From: an uncultured Nitriliruptoraceae bacterium
GTDB lineage: Bacteria > Actinomycetota > Nitriliruptoria > Nitriliruptorales > Nitriliruptoraceae
Direction: 5' to 3'
Assembly: GCA_963695235.1 (NCBI GenBank)
Contig: OY968778.1
Coordinates: 2,389,136-2,421,135 of the forward strand
Length of the DNA stretch: 32,000 nt
In this document: in pieces, positions 8,610-17,716 of the stretch
Numbering within the stretch: position 1 is the first letter of the stretch
Layout of the letters: every line of letters begins with the position of its first letter
Position numbers and translations under genes: made by a program
The notes under the pieces: generated by a model
Database searches by the model: none
What the model saw: only the letters and a program-made list of their open reading frames with translations
Told to the model about the DNA's origin: nothing

Positions 8610-9929
8610 GTGAAGCGACTGCTGAAGTTGGGGGTGGTCACGTCCGTTCTGTTGCTGGTGATCGGCGCGCCGGCGTACGCCCAGACCGACCTGAGCCCGG
8701 AGGACCTCCGGGTGGCCGTCATCGTGCTCTACCTCATGCTGGCCACCGTGCTCGTCTTCCTGATGCACGCGGGCTTCGCCATGCTGGAGGCCGGCCTCAC
8801 CCGCCAGAAGAACGTGGCGAACATCATCGGCAAGAACCTCGTCACGATCGCGCTGGGCATACTCGTCTACTACGCGATCGGCTGGGGTCTGATGTACGGG
8901 GAGCTGGTCGGGGGCCTGTTCGGCTCCGACGGCTTCTTCCTGAGCACCGCGCCCTACGACGTCACCGAGACCGGGTACACGCTCGAGATCGACTTCGCGT
9001 TCCAGGCGATGTTCGCGGCCACCTCGGCGACCATCGTGTCCGGGGCCGTCGCCGAGCGCATGAAGTTCGGGGCCTACATCGTCGTCGCGGTCGTCATGAC
9101 CGCGATCATCTACCCCGTCGTCGGTGCCTGGACCTGGGGCGGTGGCTGGGTCGCCGAGCAGGGCTTCTCCGACTTCGCCGGCTCGACCATCGTGCACATG
9201 ACTGGTGGGCTCACCGCCCTGGTCGGCGCGGCGATCCTCGGACCCCGCATCGGCAAGTTCGACCCGACCACCGGCAAGGCACGTGCCATCCCGGGCCACT
9301 CGATGCCGTTCGTGGCGCTCGGGACCCTGCTGCTGTTCTTCGGGTGGTTCGGGTTCAACGGCGGCTCGGTCCTCGAGCTCGACGGGCCGCTGATCGGCTC
9401 GGTCATCGTGACCACCGCGCTCGCCGGTGCGGCAGGCGGTGCGGCAGCCTGTGCGTACACACGCCTTCGCAACGGCAAGTGGGACGTCGCGATGATGGCG
9501 AACGGGCTGCTGGCGGGCCTCGTCGGCATCACGGCAGGGGCCGACGCGGTCTCCAACGAGATGGCGGTCGTCGTCGGACTGCTCGCTGGCGTGCTGGTCG
9601 CGGTCTCGGTGTCGGCGATCGACGCACTGAAGATCGACGACCCCGTCGGTGCGATCTCCGTCCACGGCACGTGCGGGATCCTCGGCACGCTGTGGGTCGG
9701 TCTGGCCGCGACGGACGGCGGGCTGTTCTTCGGCGGTGGCGCGGACCTGCTGTTCTCGCAGGTGGTCGGCATCGTGGGCATCGCGGCCTGGGTGGCCGTG
9801 AGCGCGGGCATCCTGTTCGGCACGCTCAAGGCCCTGGGCCAGCTGCGCGTGCCGGAGGAGGAGGAGATCGCCGGCCTGGACGTGTACGAGCACGGCGTGG
9901 CCGGCTACCCCGAGCTCACCCGGACCTGA
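8610..9929 (+). CDS. amt: Ammonium transporter (Amt family) with cleavable-looking signal peptide
   Basis: 439 aa, multi-TM. Amt signatures: DFAGSTIVHMTGG, FGWFGFNGGS and SVHGTCGILGTLWVG. N-terminal MKRLLKLGVV...APAYAQ. Confidence 0.93.
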   Translation: MKRLLKLGVVTSVLLLVIGAPAYAQTDLSPEDLRVAVIVLYLMLATVLVFLMHAGFAMLEAGLTRQKNVANIIGKNLVTIALGILVYYAIGWGLMYGELVGGLFGSDGFFLSTAPYDVTETGYTLEIDFAFQAMFAATSATIVSGAVAERMKFGAYIVVAVVMTAIIYPVVGAWTWGGGWVAEQGFSDFAGSTIVHMTGGLTALVGAAILGPRIGKFDPTTGKARAIPGHSMPFVALGTLLLFFGWFGFNGGSVLELDGPLIGSVIVTTALAGAAGGAAACAYTRLRNGKWDVAMMANGLLAGLVGITAGADAVSNEMAVVVGLLAGVLVAVSVSAIDALKIDDPVGAISVHGTCGILGTLWVGLAATDGGLFFGGGADLLFSQVVGIVGIAAWVAVSAGILFGTLKALGQLRVPEEEEIAGLDVYEHGVAGYPELTRT

Positions 9930-9960
9930 CACCGGCGGCCAGTCGACGCCGCTCACTACG

Positions 9961-10002
9961 CTGCCGGGGTGCCGGAGGTCCATGACCTCGGCGCCCCGGC
10001 AG
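9961..10002 (+). terminator. Long imperfect GC-rich hairpin between amt and glnA2
   Basis: CTGCCGGGGTGCCGGAGGTC / GACCTCGGCGCCCCGGCAG: 18 pairs with one mismatch and one bulge, around a 3-nt CAT tip. Lies 32 nt after the amt stop and 46 nt before the glnA2 GTG. No U-tract. Confidence 0.35.
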
Positions 10003-10047
10003 CGCATCCGCCCGGCCGGGGTGTGGCGGCGGTGGCAGGAGCCGAGA

Positions 10048-11394
10048 GTGGACAAGCAGCAGGAATACGTGCTCCGAACGGTCGAGGAGCGCGACGTCCG
10101 GTTCATCCGGTTGTGGTTCACCGACGTGCTCGGGTACCTCAAGAGCGTCGCCATCACCGCCGCGGAGCTCGAGAACGCCTTCGACGAGGGCATCGGCTTC
10201 GACGGGTCGGCGATCGACGGCTTCGCCCGGGTGCAGGAGGCCGACATGCTGGCCGTCCCCGACGCGTCGACCTTCCAGGTGCTGCCCTGGCGTCCCGAAT
10301 CGCAGGGTGTGGCGCGGATGTTCTGCGACATCATCACCCCCGACGGGCAACCGTTCGCCGCGGACCCCCGGTACGTGCTCAAGCGGACGCTGCAGCGCGC
10401 GGCGGACATGGGCTTCACGTTCTACATCCACCCGGAGATGGAGTTCTTCCTCTTCAAGGACTCCAAGACCCCTGAGCCGCTCGACAACGGCTCGTACTTC
10501 GACATGACCCCGCTCGACGTCCAGCAGGACTTCCGCCGGCAGGCGATCAACACCCTCGAACGGATGGGCATCAGCGTCGAGTTCTCGCACCACGAGGTCG
10601 CACCCTCCCAGCACGAGATCGACCTGCGCTACGCGGACGCGTTGACGATGGCGGACAACGTCATGACCTTCCGCCTCGTCGTGAAGGAGACCGCGCTCCA
10701 GCGGGGCGTGTACGCGACCTTCATGCCCAAGCCCCTGGAGGGGGAGTGGGGCAACGCCATGCACCTGCACCTGTCGCTGTTCGAGGGCGACACGAACGCG
10801 TTCCACGACGCGACCCACCCCTACCACCTGTCGAAGACGGCGCAGGCGTTCACGGCGGGGCTGCTGCGCCACGCCCGTGAGATCAGCGCGGTCACGAACC
10901 AATGGGTGAACTCCTACAAGCGGCTCACCGCGCAGCTCCACGGCCCGTTGCCCTCCGGCGAGGCGCCGGTGTTCGTGTCGTGGGGGCACTCCAACCGCAG
11001 CGCGCTGATCCGGGTGCCGATGTACAAGCCACGCAAGGGCGCGTCCACGCGCATCGAGTACCGCGCACCGGACCCCGCCTGCAACCCCTACCTCGCGTTC
11101 GCCCTGATCCTCGCGGCGGGCCTGAAGGGCATCGAGGAGGGCTACGAGCTGCCACCGGAGAACGAGGACAACGCGTTCGAGCTCACCGACGCCGAACGGG
11201 CCGCCGAGGGCATCGAGGCGCTGCCCGCGAGCCTCGGGGAGGCGCTGGCCGTCATGGAGTCCTCCGAGCTCGTCGCCGAGACGTTGGGCGAGCACCTCTT
11301 CGCGCACTTCCTCGTCAACAAGCGTCGCGAGTGGCAGGAGTACCGCGCACACGTGACGCAGTTCGAGCTCGATCGCTACCTGCCGTTGTTGTAG
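10048..11394 (+). CDS. glnA2: Glutamine synthetase family protein, GlnA2 type
   Basis: 448 aa from GTG 10048 (GGAG 7 nt upstream). FIRLWFTDVLG, HHEVAPSQHEIDL and NSYKRL motifs. Immediately upstream of glnE, as in mycobacteria. The position aligned by eye to the adenylylated Tyr appears to be Phe (DNAFELTDAE). Confidence 0.88.
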   Translation: MDKQQEYVLRTVEERDVRFIRLWFTDVLGYLKSVAITAAELENAFDEGIGFDGSAIDGFARVQEADMLAVPDASTFQVLPWRPESQGVARMFCDIITPDGQPFAADPRYVLKRTLQRAADMGFTFYIHPEMEFFLFKDSKTPEPLDNGSYFDMTPLDVQQDFRRQAINTLERMGISVEFSHHEVAPSQHEIDLRYADALTMADNVMTFRLVVKETALQRGVYATFMPKPLEGEWGNAMHLHLSLFEGDTNAFHDATHPYHLSKTAQAFTAGLLRHAREISAVTNQWVNSYKRLTAQLHGPLPSGEAPVFVSWGHSNRSALIRVPMYKPRKGASTRIEYRAPDPACNPYLAFALILAAGLKGIEEGYELPPENEDNAFELTDAERAAEGIEALPASLGEALAVMESSELVAETLGEHLFAHFLVNKRREWQEYRAHVTQFELDRYLPLL

Positions 11395-11402
11395 GGCGCG
11401 AC

Positions 11403-14400
11403 GTGGCCGCGCGCGCGCGAACGCTCCGAGGCCGCCTGGCGTCGGCCGGGGTCGACGTGTCGGCGGCCCTGCCCGCCCTGGTGCGGGCGGGCCTCGTCCG
11501 CAGCGGTGACGGCGGGCTGCTGCCGCCGGGAGCCGAGGTCCCGGTGCACGCCGTCGTGGACGACGACGTCCTGCTCGTGCTCTCGGAGGCCGCGGCACCC
11601 GACGACGCACTGGAGTGCCTGGTCGCCGTCGCGGAGCAGTCCCCGGCGCTGTTCGCCGCGGCACGGGACGACGGCGACTGGCTGCGACGCATCGGAGCCG
11701 TCGCAGGGGTGTCGCGGCCCCTCGGCGAGTTGCTGGCGCGCTTCCCCGACGCGGTGGAGGCGTTGCGCACGCTCGACGGCGTCGATGTCGCCTCGACCGC
11801 GTCGGCCGTCGAGGCCGCTGTGCGCGCGGGCGACGACCCGGCCGCGCAGGCGGCGGGCATCGCCGCGATCCGGCGCCGCGCCACGGCCGACATCGCGGCT
11901 CGGGATCTCACTGGCGTCACCGACCTCCCGGCGGTCGCGGCGGAGCTCGCGGGCCTCGCCGAGGCGGTGCTGACGGGGACGCTCGAGGCGGTGCACGGTC
12001 GGCTCGGCGGGGCGGACCGGGCCGCACGCATCGCCGTCATCGGCATGGGCAAGCTCGGTGGTCGCGAGCTCAACTACGTCTCGGACGTGGACGTCGTGTT
12101 CGTGCACGCGGCCACCGACGGGCACGACGACGCGGAGGCGGGCCGCGAGGCGCGTCAGGTGCTGTCGCACCTGCTGGAGCTGCTCAACAGCTCGACGACC
12201 ATGGGTCGCGCCTACGAGGTCGACCCGACCTTGCGTCCCGAGGGCCGAAGCGGGCCGCTCTCGCGGACGGTCGCGTCCTACGCGGCCTACTGGGAGCGTT
12301 GGGCGAAGACGTGGGAGTTCCAGGCGCTGTTGAAGGCACGCCCCGTCGCCGGTGATCACGAGCTCGGCGCGTCGTTGCTGGCCGCCGCGGAACCGTTCCT
12401 GTGGCCCGAGCGGCTCGATCCCGACGTCGTCGCGGAGATCCGTGCGATGAAGGCCCGGATCGAGGCGAAGCCCGAGGTGGTGCGACACCGTGAACGCCAG
12501 CTCAAGCTGGGCCCCGGCGGGATCCGTGACATCGAGTTCGCCGTGCAGCTCCTGCAACTCGTGCACGGGCGGGGCGATCCGTCCCTGCGTGAGACGGGGA
12601 CGCTTCCTGCCCTGGACGCGCTGGTGCGCAACGGCTATGTGGACGAGGACGACGCGGCTTCGTTCGCCGAGGCGTACCGGCGGCTGCGCACGGTCGAGCA
12701 CCGCCTGCAACTCGCCAACGAACGGCGAACACACACGATCCCCGAGGACCCCGAGCGGCAGGAGTGGCTCGCCCGCTCGTTGGGCTACCGGGCCGAGGGG
12801 GACACCGCGGCCCGGGCGCCGATGCTCCGTGACCTCAAACGGGTGCAGACCCAGGTCAGCGAGCTGCACGCCAAGCTCTTCTACCGGCCCCTGCTGGAGA
12901 CCTACGCCACCGTTCCGATCGCCGCCACCGGCGTCAGCATGCCCGTCGAGGTGTCGGGGATGACCGACGACGCAGCGGTCGAGCGGCTCGAGGCGTTGGG
13001 GTTCCGGAACGGCGGCGCTGCACTCCGGGACGTGCGGGCGGTCACCACAGGCCTGTCCCGTCGGGCCATCACGGCTCGGGCCGTGCTCCCGGCCGTGCTC
13101 CAGGTGTTGCAGGACGCGCCGGATCCCGACACCGGGTTGTCGACCTTCCGCGAGCTCGTCGAGGCGCAGGGAGAGTCCGCCGAGCTGCTCGGGTACCTGC
13201 GGGACCACCCGGCGGCAGCGGACCTCGTCGGACGGGTGCTCGGCACGAGTCGGGTGGCCGGCGAGCTGCTGCTCCGGCTGCCGCAGGGGGTCGACTGGCT
13301 CCGAGACGACCGCCTGCGCGACGAGCCGCGGACGCGCGACGAGCTGGTCCGCATGGCGGTCGCCAGGCTGCACTGGCAGGACACCACGGACGCGCTCCGG
13401 CGTTTCAAGCGCCTCGAGCTGCTCCGGATCGTCCTGCGCGACATCGCGGGTGAGGCGACCGTGCGAGGGGTGGGGGAGGAGCTCACTGCGCTCGGCGAGG
13501 CGTGCCTCACGGGTGCGCTGCGCGCCGAGCTCAGGCGGCAGGCGCAGCGACGCGGCCTGGCATCGCCCGACGAGCTGCCGGTCGGCATCGCGATCGTGGG
13601 CATGGGCAAGCTCGGGGGGCAGGAGCTGCACTACGTCTCGGACCTCGACGTGCTCTTCGTCCACGAGGCGGTGGCCGGCACCTCGGAGCGGGAGGCCACG
13701 GCCCTCGCACTCGAGGTGGCAGGCAACGTGCTCCGCAGCCTGTCCGACATCACCGCGGAGGGCACCGCCTTCGAGGTCGACGCGGACCTCCGACCGGAAG
13801 GCAAGAACGGCCCGCTCTCGCGCTCCTTCTCGTCGTACCGGGCCTACTGGGACCGGTGGGCGGAGCCCTGGGAGCACCAGGCGCTGCTGCGCGCCCGCCA
13901 CGTCGCGGGGGACCGTGACCTGGGCACGCGGCTCGTCCAGGCCGCGGAGCCCTACGCCTACCCCGCCGACGGCGACGGCGCGCTCCGGATGCGTCGCATG
14001 AAGGCGCGGCTCGAGAAGGAGCGGATCCCGCGACGGGTCGACCCCGAACGGCATCTGAAGCTCGGACCCGGCGGGCTGTCCGACGTCGAGTGGACGGTAC
14101 AGCTGCTCCAGCGACGGCATGGCGCCCGCCACGCAGCGGCACGGCATCCCGGCACGATGGCGGCGTTGGACGTGCTCCAGGACGACGGACTGATCGACCA
14201 CCGGGACGCGGTGTGGCTGCGGGACGGCTACCGGTTCCTCTCGCAGCTGCGCAACCGGCTGTACCTGTTGCGCCATCGGGACGTCGACGTACTGCCCGTG
14301 TCCCAGGCCCAGCTCGAGACGCTCGCCCGGTCGCTCGGATACGGGCGCGGTGCCTGGCAGGAGCTCGACGGGGAGCGCCGTCGTCATGCTCGGCACGTCC

Positions 14401-14441
14401 GATCGGTCTGCGAGCGGGTGTTCTACGGGACCGACCCGTGA
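11403..14441 (+). CDS. glnE: Bifunctional glutamine synthetase adenylyltransferase / adenylyl-removing enzyme
   Basis: Two repeated nucleotidyltransferase modules (GMGKLGGRELNYVSDVDVVFVH and GMGKLGGQELHYVSDLDVLFVH). Each is followed by EVDxxLRPEG and a GlnE C-terminal helical region. Start set at the first GTG after the glnA2 stop; the track ORF start at 10902 lies inside glnA2. The exact start is uncertain. Confidence 0.9.
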   Translation: MAARARTLRGRLASAGVDVSAALPALVRAGLVRSGDGGLLPPGAEVPVHAVVDDDVLLVLSEAAAPDDALECLVAVAEQSPALFAAARDDGDWLRRIGAVAGVSRPLGELLARFPDAVEALRTLDGVDVASTASAVEAAVRAGDDPAAQAAGIAAIRRRATADIAARDLTGVTDLPAVAAELAGLAEAVLTGTLEAVHGRLGGADRAARIAVIGMGKLGGRELNYVSDVDVVFVHAATDGHDDAEAGREARQVLSHLLELLNSSTTMGRAYEVDPTLRPEGRSGPLSRTVASYAAYWERWAKTWEFQALLKARPVAGDHELGASLLAAAEPFLWPERLDPDVVAEIRAMKARIEAKPEVVRHRERQLKLGPGGIRDIEFAVQLLQLVHGRGDPSLRETGTLPALDALVRNGYVDEDDAASFAEAYRRLRTVEHRLQLANERRTHTIPEDPERQEWLARSLGYRAEGDTAARAPMLRDLKRVQTQVSELHAKLFYRPLLETYATVPIAATGVSMPVEVSGMTDDAAVERLEALGFRNGGAALRDVRAVTTGLSRRAITARAVLPAVLQVLQDAPDPDTGLSTFRELVEAQGESAELLGYLRDHPAAADLVGRVLGTSRVAGELLLRLPQGVDWLRDDRLRDEPRTRDELVRMAVARLHWQDTTDALRRFKRLELLRIVLRDIAGEATVRGVGEELTALGEACLTGALRAELRRQAQRRGLASPDELPVGIAIVGMGKLGGQELHYVSDLDVLFVHEAVAGTSEREATALALEVAGNVLRSLSDITAEGTAFEVDADLRPEGKNGPLSRSFSSYRAYWDRWAEPWEHQALLRARHVAGDRDLGTRLVQAAEPYAYPADGDGALRMRRMKARLEKERIPRRVDPERHLKLGPGGLSDVEWTVQLLQRRHGARHAAARHPGTMAALDVLQDDGLIDHRDAVWLRDGYRFLSQLRNRLYLLRHRDVDVLPVSQAQLETLARSLGYGRGAWQELDGERRRHARHVRSVCERVFYGTDP

Positions 14442-14517
14442 GTCGGCGTCGCGCCCTCCCGTAGGCCGTACGCTGGCGCTCGGTGGCGGACGCGGCATCC
14501 GAGAGCAGCGGGCGAGG

Positions 14518-15465
14518 GTGACGATCGTGTGGCGTGAGGGAGAGGTGCGCGGCGGCGAGACGCGGTTCTTCGTCCGTGCACCGCACGCCGGGAAGCGCGA
14601 TCCGTTCGCAGCACCTGCCGACGAGGACGACCGGCTGGCCCTCCTCCTGCACGGCTGGCCGCAGGACGGCACGTGCTGGCGGTCGGTCGCTCCCGCGCTC
14701 GCCGACGCCGGGTATCGCGTCGTGTGCCCTGACCTGAAGGGCTTCGGGCGCTCGGACGCGCCCCGCCGCGGATACGACCCCGCCACGCTGGCGGACGAGA
14801 TCAGCCAGCTGATCCGGGCGCTCGGTGGTCGCAAGGCGCTGCTGGTCGGGCACGACTGGGGTGGAGCCGTGGCATTGGCGACGGCGTTCCGCCACCCCGG
14901 CCGGGTCCGTGCGCTCGTCAGCGTGTCGTCGCCGTTCCGGCAGATCGACCTCACCGCCGCGTGGCACATCCCACTGTTGAACGTCCCGCTCCTGCCGGAG
15001 CTCGCCTTCCGCTTCGCCGCGCGGCCACTGACGCGGGGCGCGCTCCGCTACGCCTCGGAGGTGGACGGGGTCTTCGGCGACGCCGAGGTCGCCCGCTACG
15101 CCGGCGCGGTCGCGAGCGCGCCACGTGGCTGGCTCTCGTACTACCGGACGCTCTCACGCAGGGCGGTCGTCGACGGTGCGGTCCGCACCATCCGACGACG
15201 CGTACCGCTGCTCCCTTCCCCGGCGGGACCACACCGTCTGCGCGTGCCGGCGACGGTCGTGTGGGGGGCGCGCGATCGCATCACCCCTCCGCACCTCGCC
15301 CCCGGGGTGGCCGAGGACCTGGATGCGGCGCTCGTGCTCGTGCCCGGTGCCGGTCATTTCGTCCCCGAGGAGGCGCCCGAGCCGCTGGTGCGCGCGGTGC
15401 TCGACCTCGCGGGCCCCGCCGACGGCCGGGACGGCGAGGTGCGCGGCCAGAGGCGGTCCTCGTGA
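14518..15465 (+). CDS. Alpha/beta hydrolase, epoxide-hydrolase/dehalogenase-like (Asp nucleophile)
   Basis: HGWP motif (LLLHGWPQDG) and GHDWGG nucleophile elbow. GTG 14518 is in frame in the 14350 track ORF. Stop overlaps the next gene start (GTGA at 15462-15465). Confidence 0.8.
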   Translation: MTIVWREGEVRGGETRFFVRAPHAGKRDPFAAPADEDDRLALLLHGWPQDGTCWRSVAPALADAGYRVVCPDLKGFGRSDAPRRGYDPATLADEISQLIRALGGRKALLVGHDWGGAVALATAFRHPGRVRALVSVSSPFRQIDLTAAWHIPLLNVPLLPELAFRFAARPLTRGALRYASEVDGVFGDAEVARYAGAVASAPRGWLSYYRTLSRRAVVDGAVRTIRRRVPLLPSPAGPHRLRVPATVVWGARDRITPPHLAPGVAEDLDAALVLVPGAGHFVPEEAPEPLVRAVLDLAGPADGRDGEVRGQRRSS

Positions 15466-16169
15466 GCCGCCACCCCGACGGCGTCGTGTTCGACTGTGAC
15501 GGCACCATCGCCGACACCGAGTCGCTCGCCGACCTGGCCTGGACAGAGGCGCTCGCCGACCGGGGCTACGAGGTCACCCGCGAGGACCTCGCGGCGGTGA
15601 TCGGGCACCCGTTCGGGCAGAACTGGGAGTACTTCTCCGCCCGCGCCTCGCTCGGCGAGCACGACGCCTTCCGCTCGCGGTTGCGAGAGCGGTTCACCGA
15701 GCTGTTGGACGGCCAGCTGCGTTTCCACACGGACGTCGTCGGGGTGATCCGCGAGCTCGGCGCCGCCGGCGTGCCGCTCGCGGTCGCCTCGTCGTCCTCT
15801 CACGCACACGTCCGCCGTGTGCTGGAGCGTGGAGGGATCCAGACGTTCGTCCGAGCGGTCGTCGGTGCGGACGACGTCACGGAGCACAAGCCGTCACCGC
15901 GCCCCTACCTCGTGGCGGCGCGCCACCTCGGTGTCCCCCCGGACCGGTGCAGCGCCGTCGAGGACACGCCCGTCGGGGTTGCGTCCGCCACTGCGGCTGG
16001 ACTGTTCACCGTCGCCGTCGTGCGCGACCACGGGGATCCGGTCGCACTCGCGGCCGCGGACCGCGTCGTCTCGGAGCTCCGCACGTCCGACCTGGTCCCC
16101 GGGACGCAGGGTCGCGCTGCCGACCGGCAGCGGGCGGTCGGTGGGGGAGGAGCGTGGGCCGGTGGGTGA
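15462..16169 (+). CDS. HAD-IA family hydrolase (phosphatase / beta-phosphoglucomutase-like)
   Basis: DxD motif VVFDCDGTIADTE, VASSS, and KPSPRPYL...VEDTPVG. GTG 15462 overlaps the upstream stop by 4 nt. Confidence 0.85.
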   Translation: MSRHPDGVVFDCDGTIADTESLADLAWTEALADRGYEVTREDLAAVIGHPFGQNWEYFSARASLGEHDAFRSRLRERFTELLDGQLRFHTDVVGVIRELGAAGVPLAVASSSSHAHVRRVLERGGIQTFVRAVVGADDVTEHKPSPRPYLVAARHLGVPPDRCSAVEDTPVGVASATAAGLFTVAVVRDHGDPVALAAADRVVSELRTSDLVPGTQGRAADRQRAVGGGGAWAGG

Positions 16170-16710
16170 GGCGTTGCTGACGTCCGACGCCGCCCACGGG
16201 GCCGTCGACCTGGGTCTGTTGCTGCTACGGGTCGTCGTGGGGGTCGTGTTCTCGTTGCACGGGTTCCAGAAGCTGTTCGGCTGGTTCGGTGGCGGTGGCG
16301 TGGACGCCACGACCCGCTGGTTCGCGTCGCTCGGCTTCACCGGGGGTCGCCCGGCCACGGTGTTCGCGGCCCTGTCGGAGATCGGTGGCGGGCTGGGGCT
16401 GGCCAGCGGGTTCCTGACCCCGTTGGCCGCCGCGGCGGTGATCGGCACGATGACGGCGGCGGCGTTCGTGAACCACCACAGCAAGGGGTTCTGGTCGGCG
16501 AAGAACGGGTGGGAGCTGAACCTGTACCTCATCGCCGTCGCGAGCGGTCTGGCCATCACCGGCCCCGGGGCCTGGTCGCTCGACGCGCTCCTCGAGCCGC
16601 CCGTGCGCTCCGGTGCGATCACGGGCACCGTGGCGATCGCGGTCGGGATCGCCGCTGGTTGGCTGCGCTGGGCCACCCGCCGCCCGACGGCGCCCTCCTC
16701 GGATGGGTGA
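16162..16710 (+). CDS. DoxX-family membrane protein
   Basis: LLLLRVVVGVVFSLHGFQKLFGWFGG signature and 4 predicted TM helices. GTG 16162 overlaps the HAD gene end by 8 nt. Confidence 0.8.
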   Translation: MGEALLTSDAAHGAVDLGLLLLRVVVGVVFSLHGFQKLFGWFGGGGVDATTRWFASLGFTGGRPATVFAALSEIGGGLGLASGFLTPLAAAAVIGTMTAAAFVNHHSKGFWSAKNGWELNLYLIAVASGLAITGPGAWSLDALLEPPVRSGAITGTVAIAVGIAAGWLRWATRRPTAPSSDG

Positions 16711-17350
16711 CGACGCGCTCCGCCGCTCGCGAGGCGGTCGGGTGCAGCTGCGCGGACGTTCGTTGCCCTCGCGGGTCGCGCAGCTGTGGGGCGGGCTCGT
16801 GCTCTTCGGGCTCAGCCTCGCGATGATCGTCGAGGCGGGTCTCGGCCTGGCGCCGTGGGACGTCCTGCACGAGGGGCTCGCGCGCGTGACACCGCTGAGC
16901 ATCGGGACGTGGGTCGTGCTCGTGTCGCTCGTCGTGCTGCTGCTGTGGGTGCCGCTCCGGCAGCGGCCGGGCTTCGGGACGATCAGCAACGCGCTGCTGG
17001 TCGGGATCGCGCTCGATCTGTGGCTCGTCGTCCTGCCGAGCTTCACGACCCTCCCGGCGCGCGTGGCGGCGCTGGTGGGCGGCGTCGCGCTGAACGCCGT
17101 GGCGACCGCTGCCTACATCGGGGCACGCATGGGGCCCGGGCCACGCGACGGCCTGATGACGGGGCTCGGTGCGCGCGGCTTCTCGATCCGCGTCGCGCGT
17201 ACCGCGATCGAGGGCGGCGTGTTGCTCCTGGGATTCCTGCTCGGCGGCACCGTCGGCGTCGGGACGATCGTGTACGCCGTCGGCATCGGACCCCTCGTCC
17301 ACCCGTTGCTGCCGCTGTTCGAGCACCGCGAGCGGCGTCCACACGCGTGA
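16703..17350 (+). CDS. Integral membrane protein, YczE/YitT-like (uncertain family)
   Basis: 215 aa from ATG 16703, which overlaps the DoxX end by 8 nt. Multiple TM segments, GLGLAPWDVL and GPGPRDGLM motifs. Confidence 0.65.
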   Translation: MGDDALRRSRGGRVQLRGRSLPSRVAQLWGGLVLFGLSLAMIVEAGLGLAPWDVLHEGLARVTPLSIGTWVVLVSLVVLLLWVPLRQRPGFGTISNALLVGIALDLWLVVLPSFTTLPARVAALVGGVALNAVATAAYIGARMGPGPRDGLMTGLGARGFSIRVARTAIEGGVLLLGFLLGGTVGVGTIVYAVGIGPLVHPLLPLFEHRERRPHA

Positions 17351-17469
17351 CCTGGTCAGCCGTACAACCGCCGGAACGGCCGTGTCGAAGCGCGACCTCC
17401 GATGTCAGACTTCGGTGGTCGCGAGCTCGTCACCGGCGAGCGGCACGCGACCCGACAGGGAGGCTTTCC

Positions 17470-17628
17470 ATGCTGGCACTCGGACTGGTCCTGCTCCTGC
17501 TCGACCTGCTTTTGCTCGGTACGGGCATCCTGGCCACGATCGGGTGGATCCTGATCGTGGTGGGGCTGATCCTGCTGGTGCTGGGCTCCCTCGACCGCTC
17601 GATCGGCCCCCGCCGCTACTACTACTGA
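17470..17628 (+). CDS. 52-aa hydrophobic two-TM peptide with basic/aromatic tail (GPRRYYY)
   Basis: ATG 17470 preceded by GGGAGG at an 8-nt spacing. MLALGLVLLLLDLLLLGTGILATIGWILIVVGLILLVLGSLDRSIGPRRYYY. It is the tail of a long shadow ORF in the track. Confidence 0.6.
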   Translation: MLALGLVLLLLDLLLLGTGILATIGWILIVVGLILLVLGSLDRSIGPRRYYY

Positions 17629-17651
17629 CCCCGCGCGGTCGAAGACGGTGA

Positions 17652-17691
17652 TCGTGCGAGAACCTGGAGATACGGCCAGGTTCTCGCACGA
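17652..17691. terminator. Palindromic element 1: perfect 16-bp stem, 8-nt loop
   Basis: TCGTGCGAGAACCTGG (17652-17667), loop agatacgg, CCAGGTTCTCGCACGA (17676-17691). Lies 24 nt after the stop of the 52-aa ORF, between convergent genes. Confidence 0.6.
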
Positions 17692-17716
17692 CGGACCCTC
17701 AGCGGGCCGAGGCGCT

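Noticed and set aside
11376-14969. 1197-aa ORF antisense to glnE. Similar very long ORFs occur elsewhere, e.g. 8021-9985 (+), 8490-10418 (-), 5857-7581 (+), 23844-25868 (+), 25825-27372 (-), 29245-30954 (-) and 29358-31181 (+).
   Set aside because: Their translations are Arg/Pro/Gly/Ala-rich, low-complexity and motif-free. They lie opposite to, or out of frame with, genes carrying clear family signatures. These are typical stop-codon-poor shadow frames of high-GC DNA.
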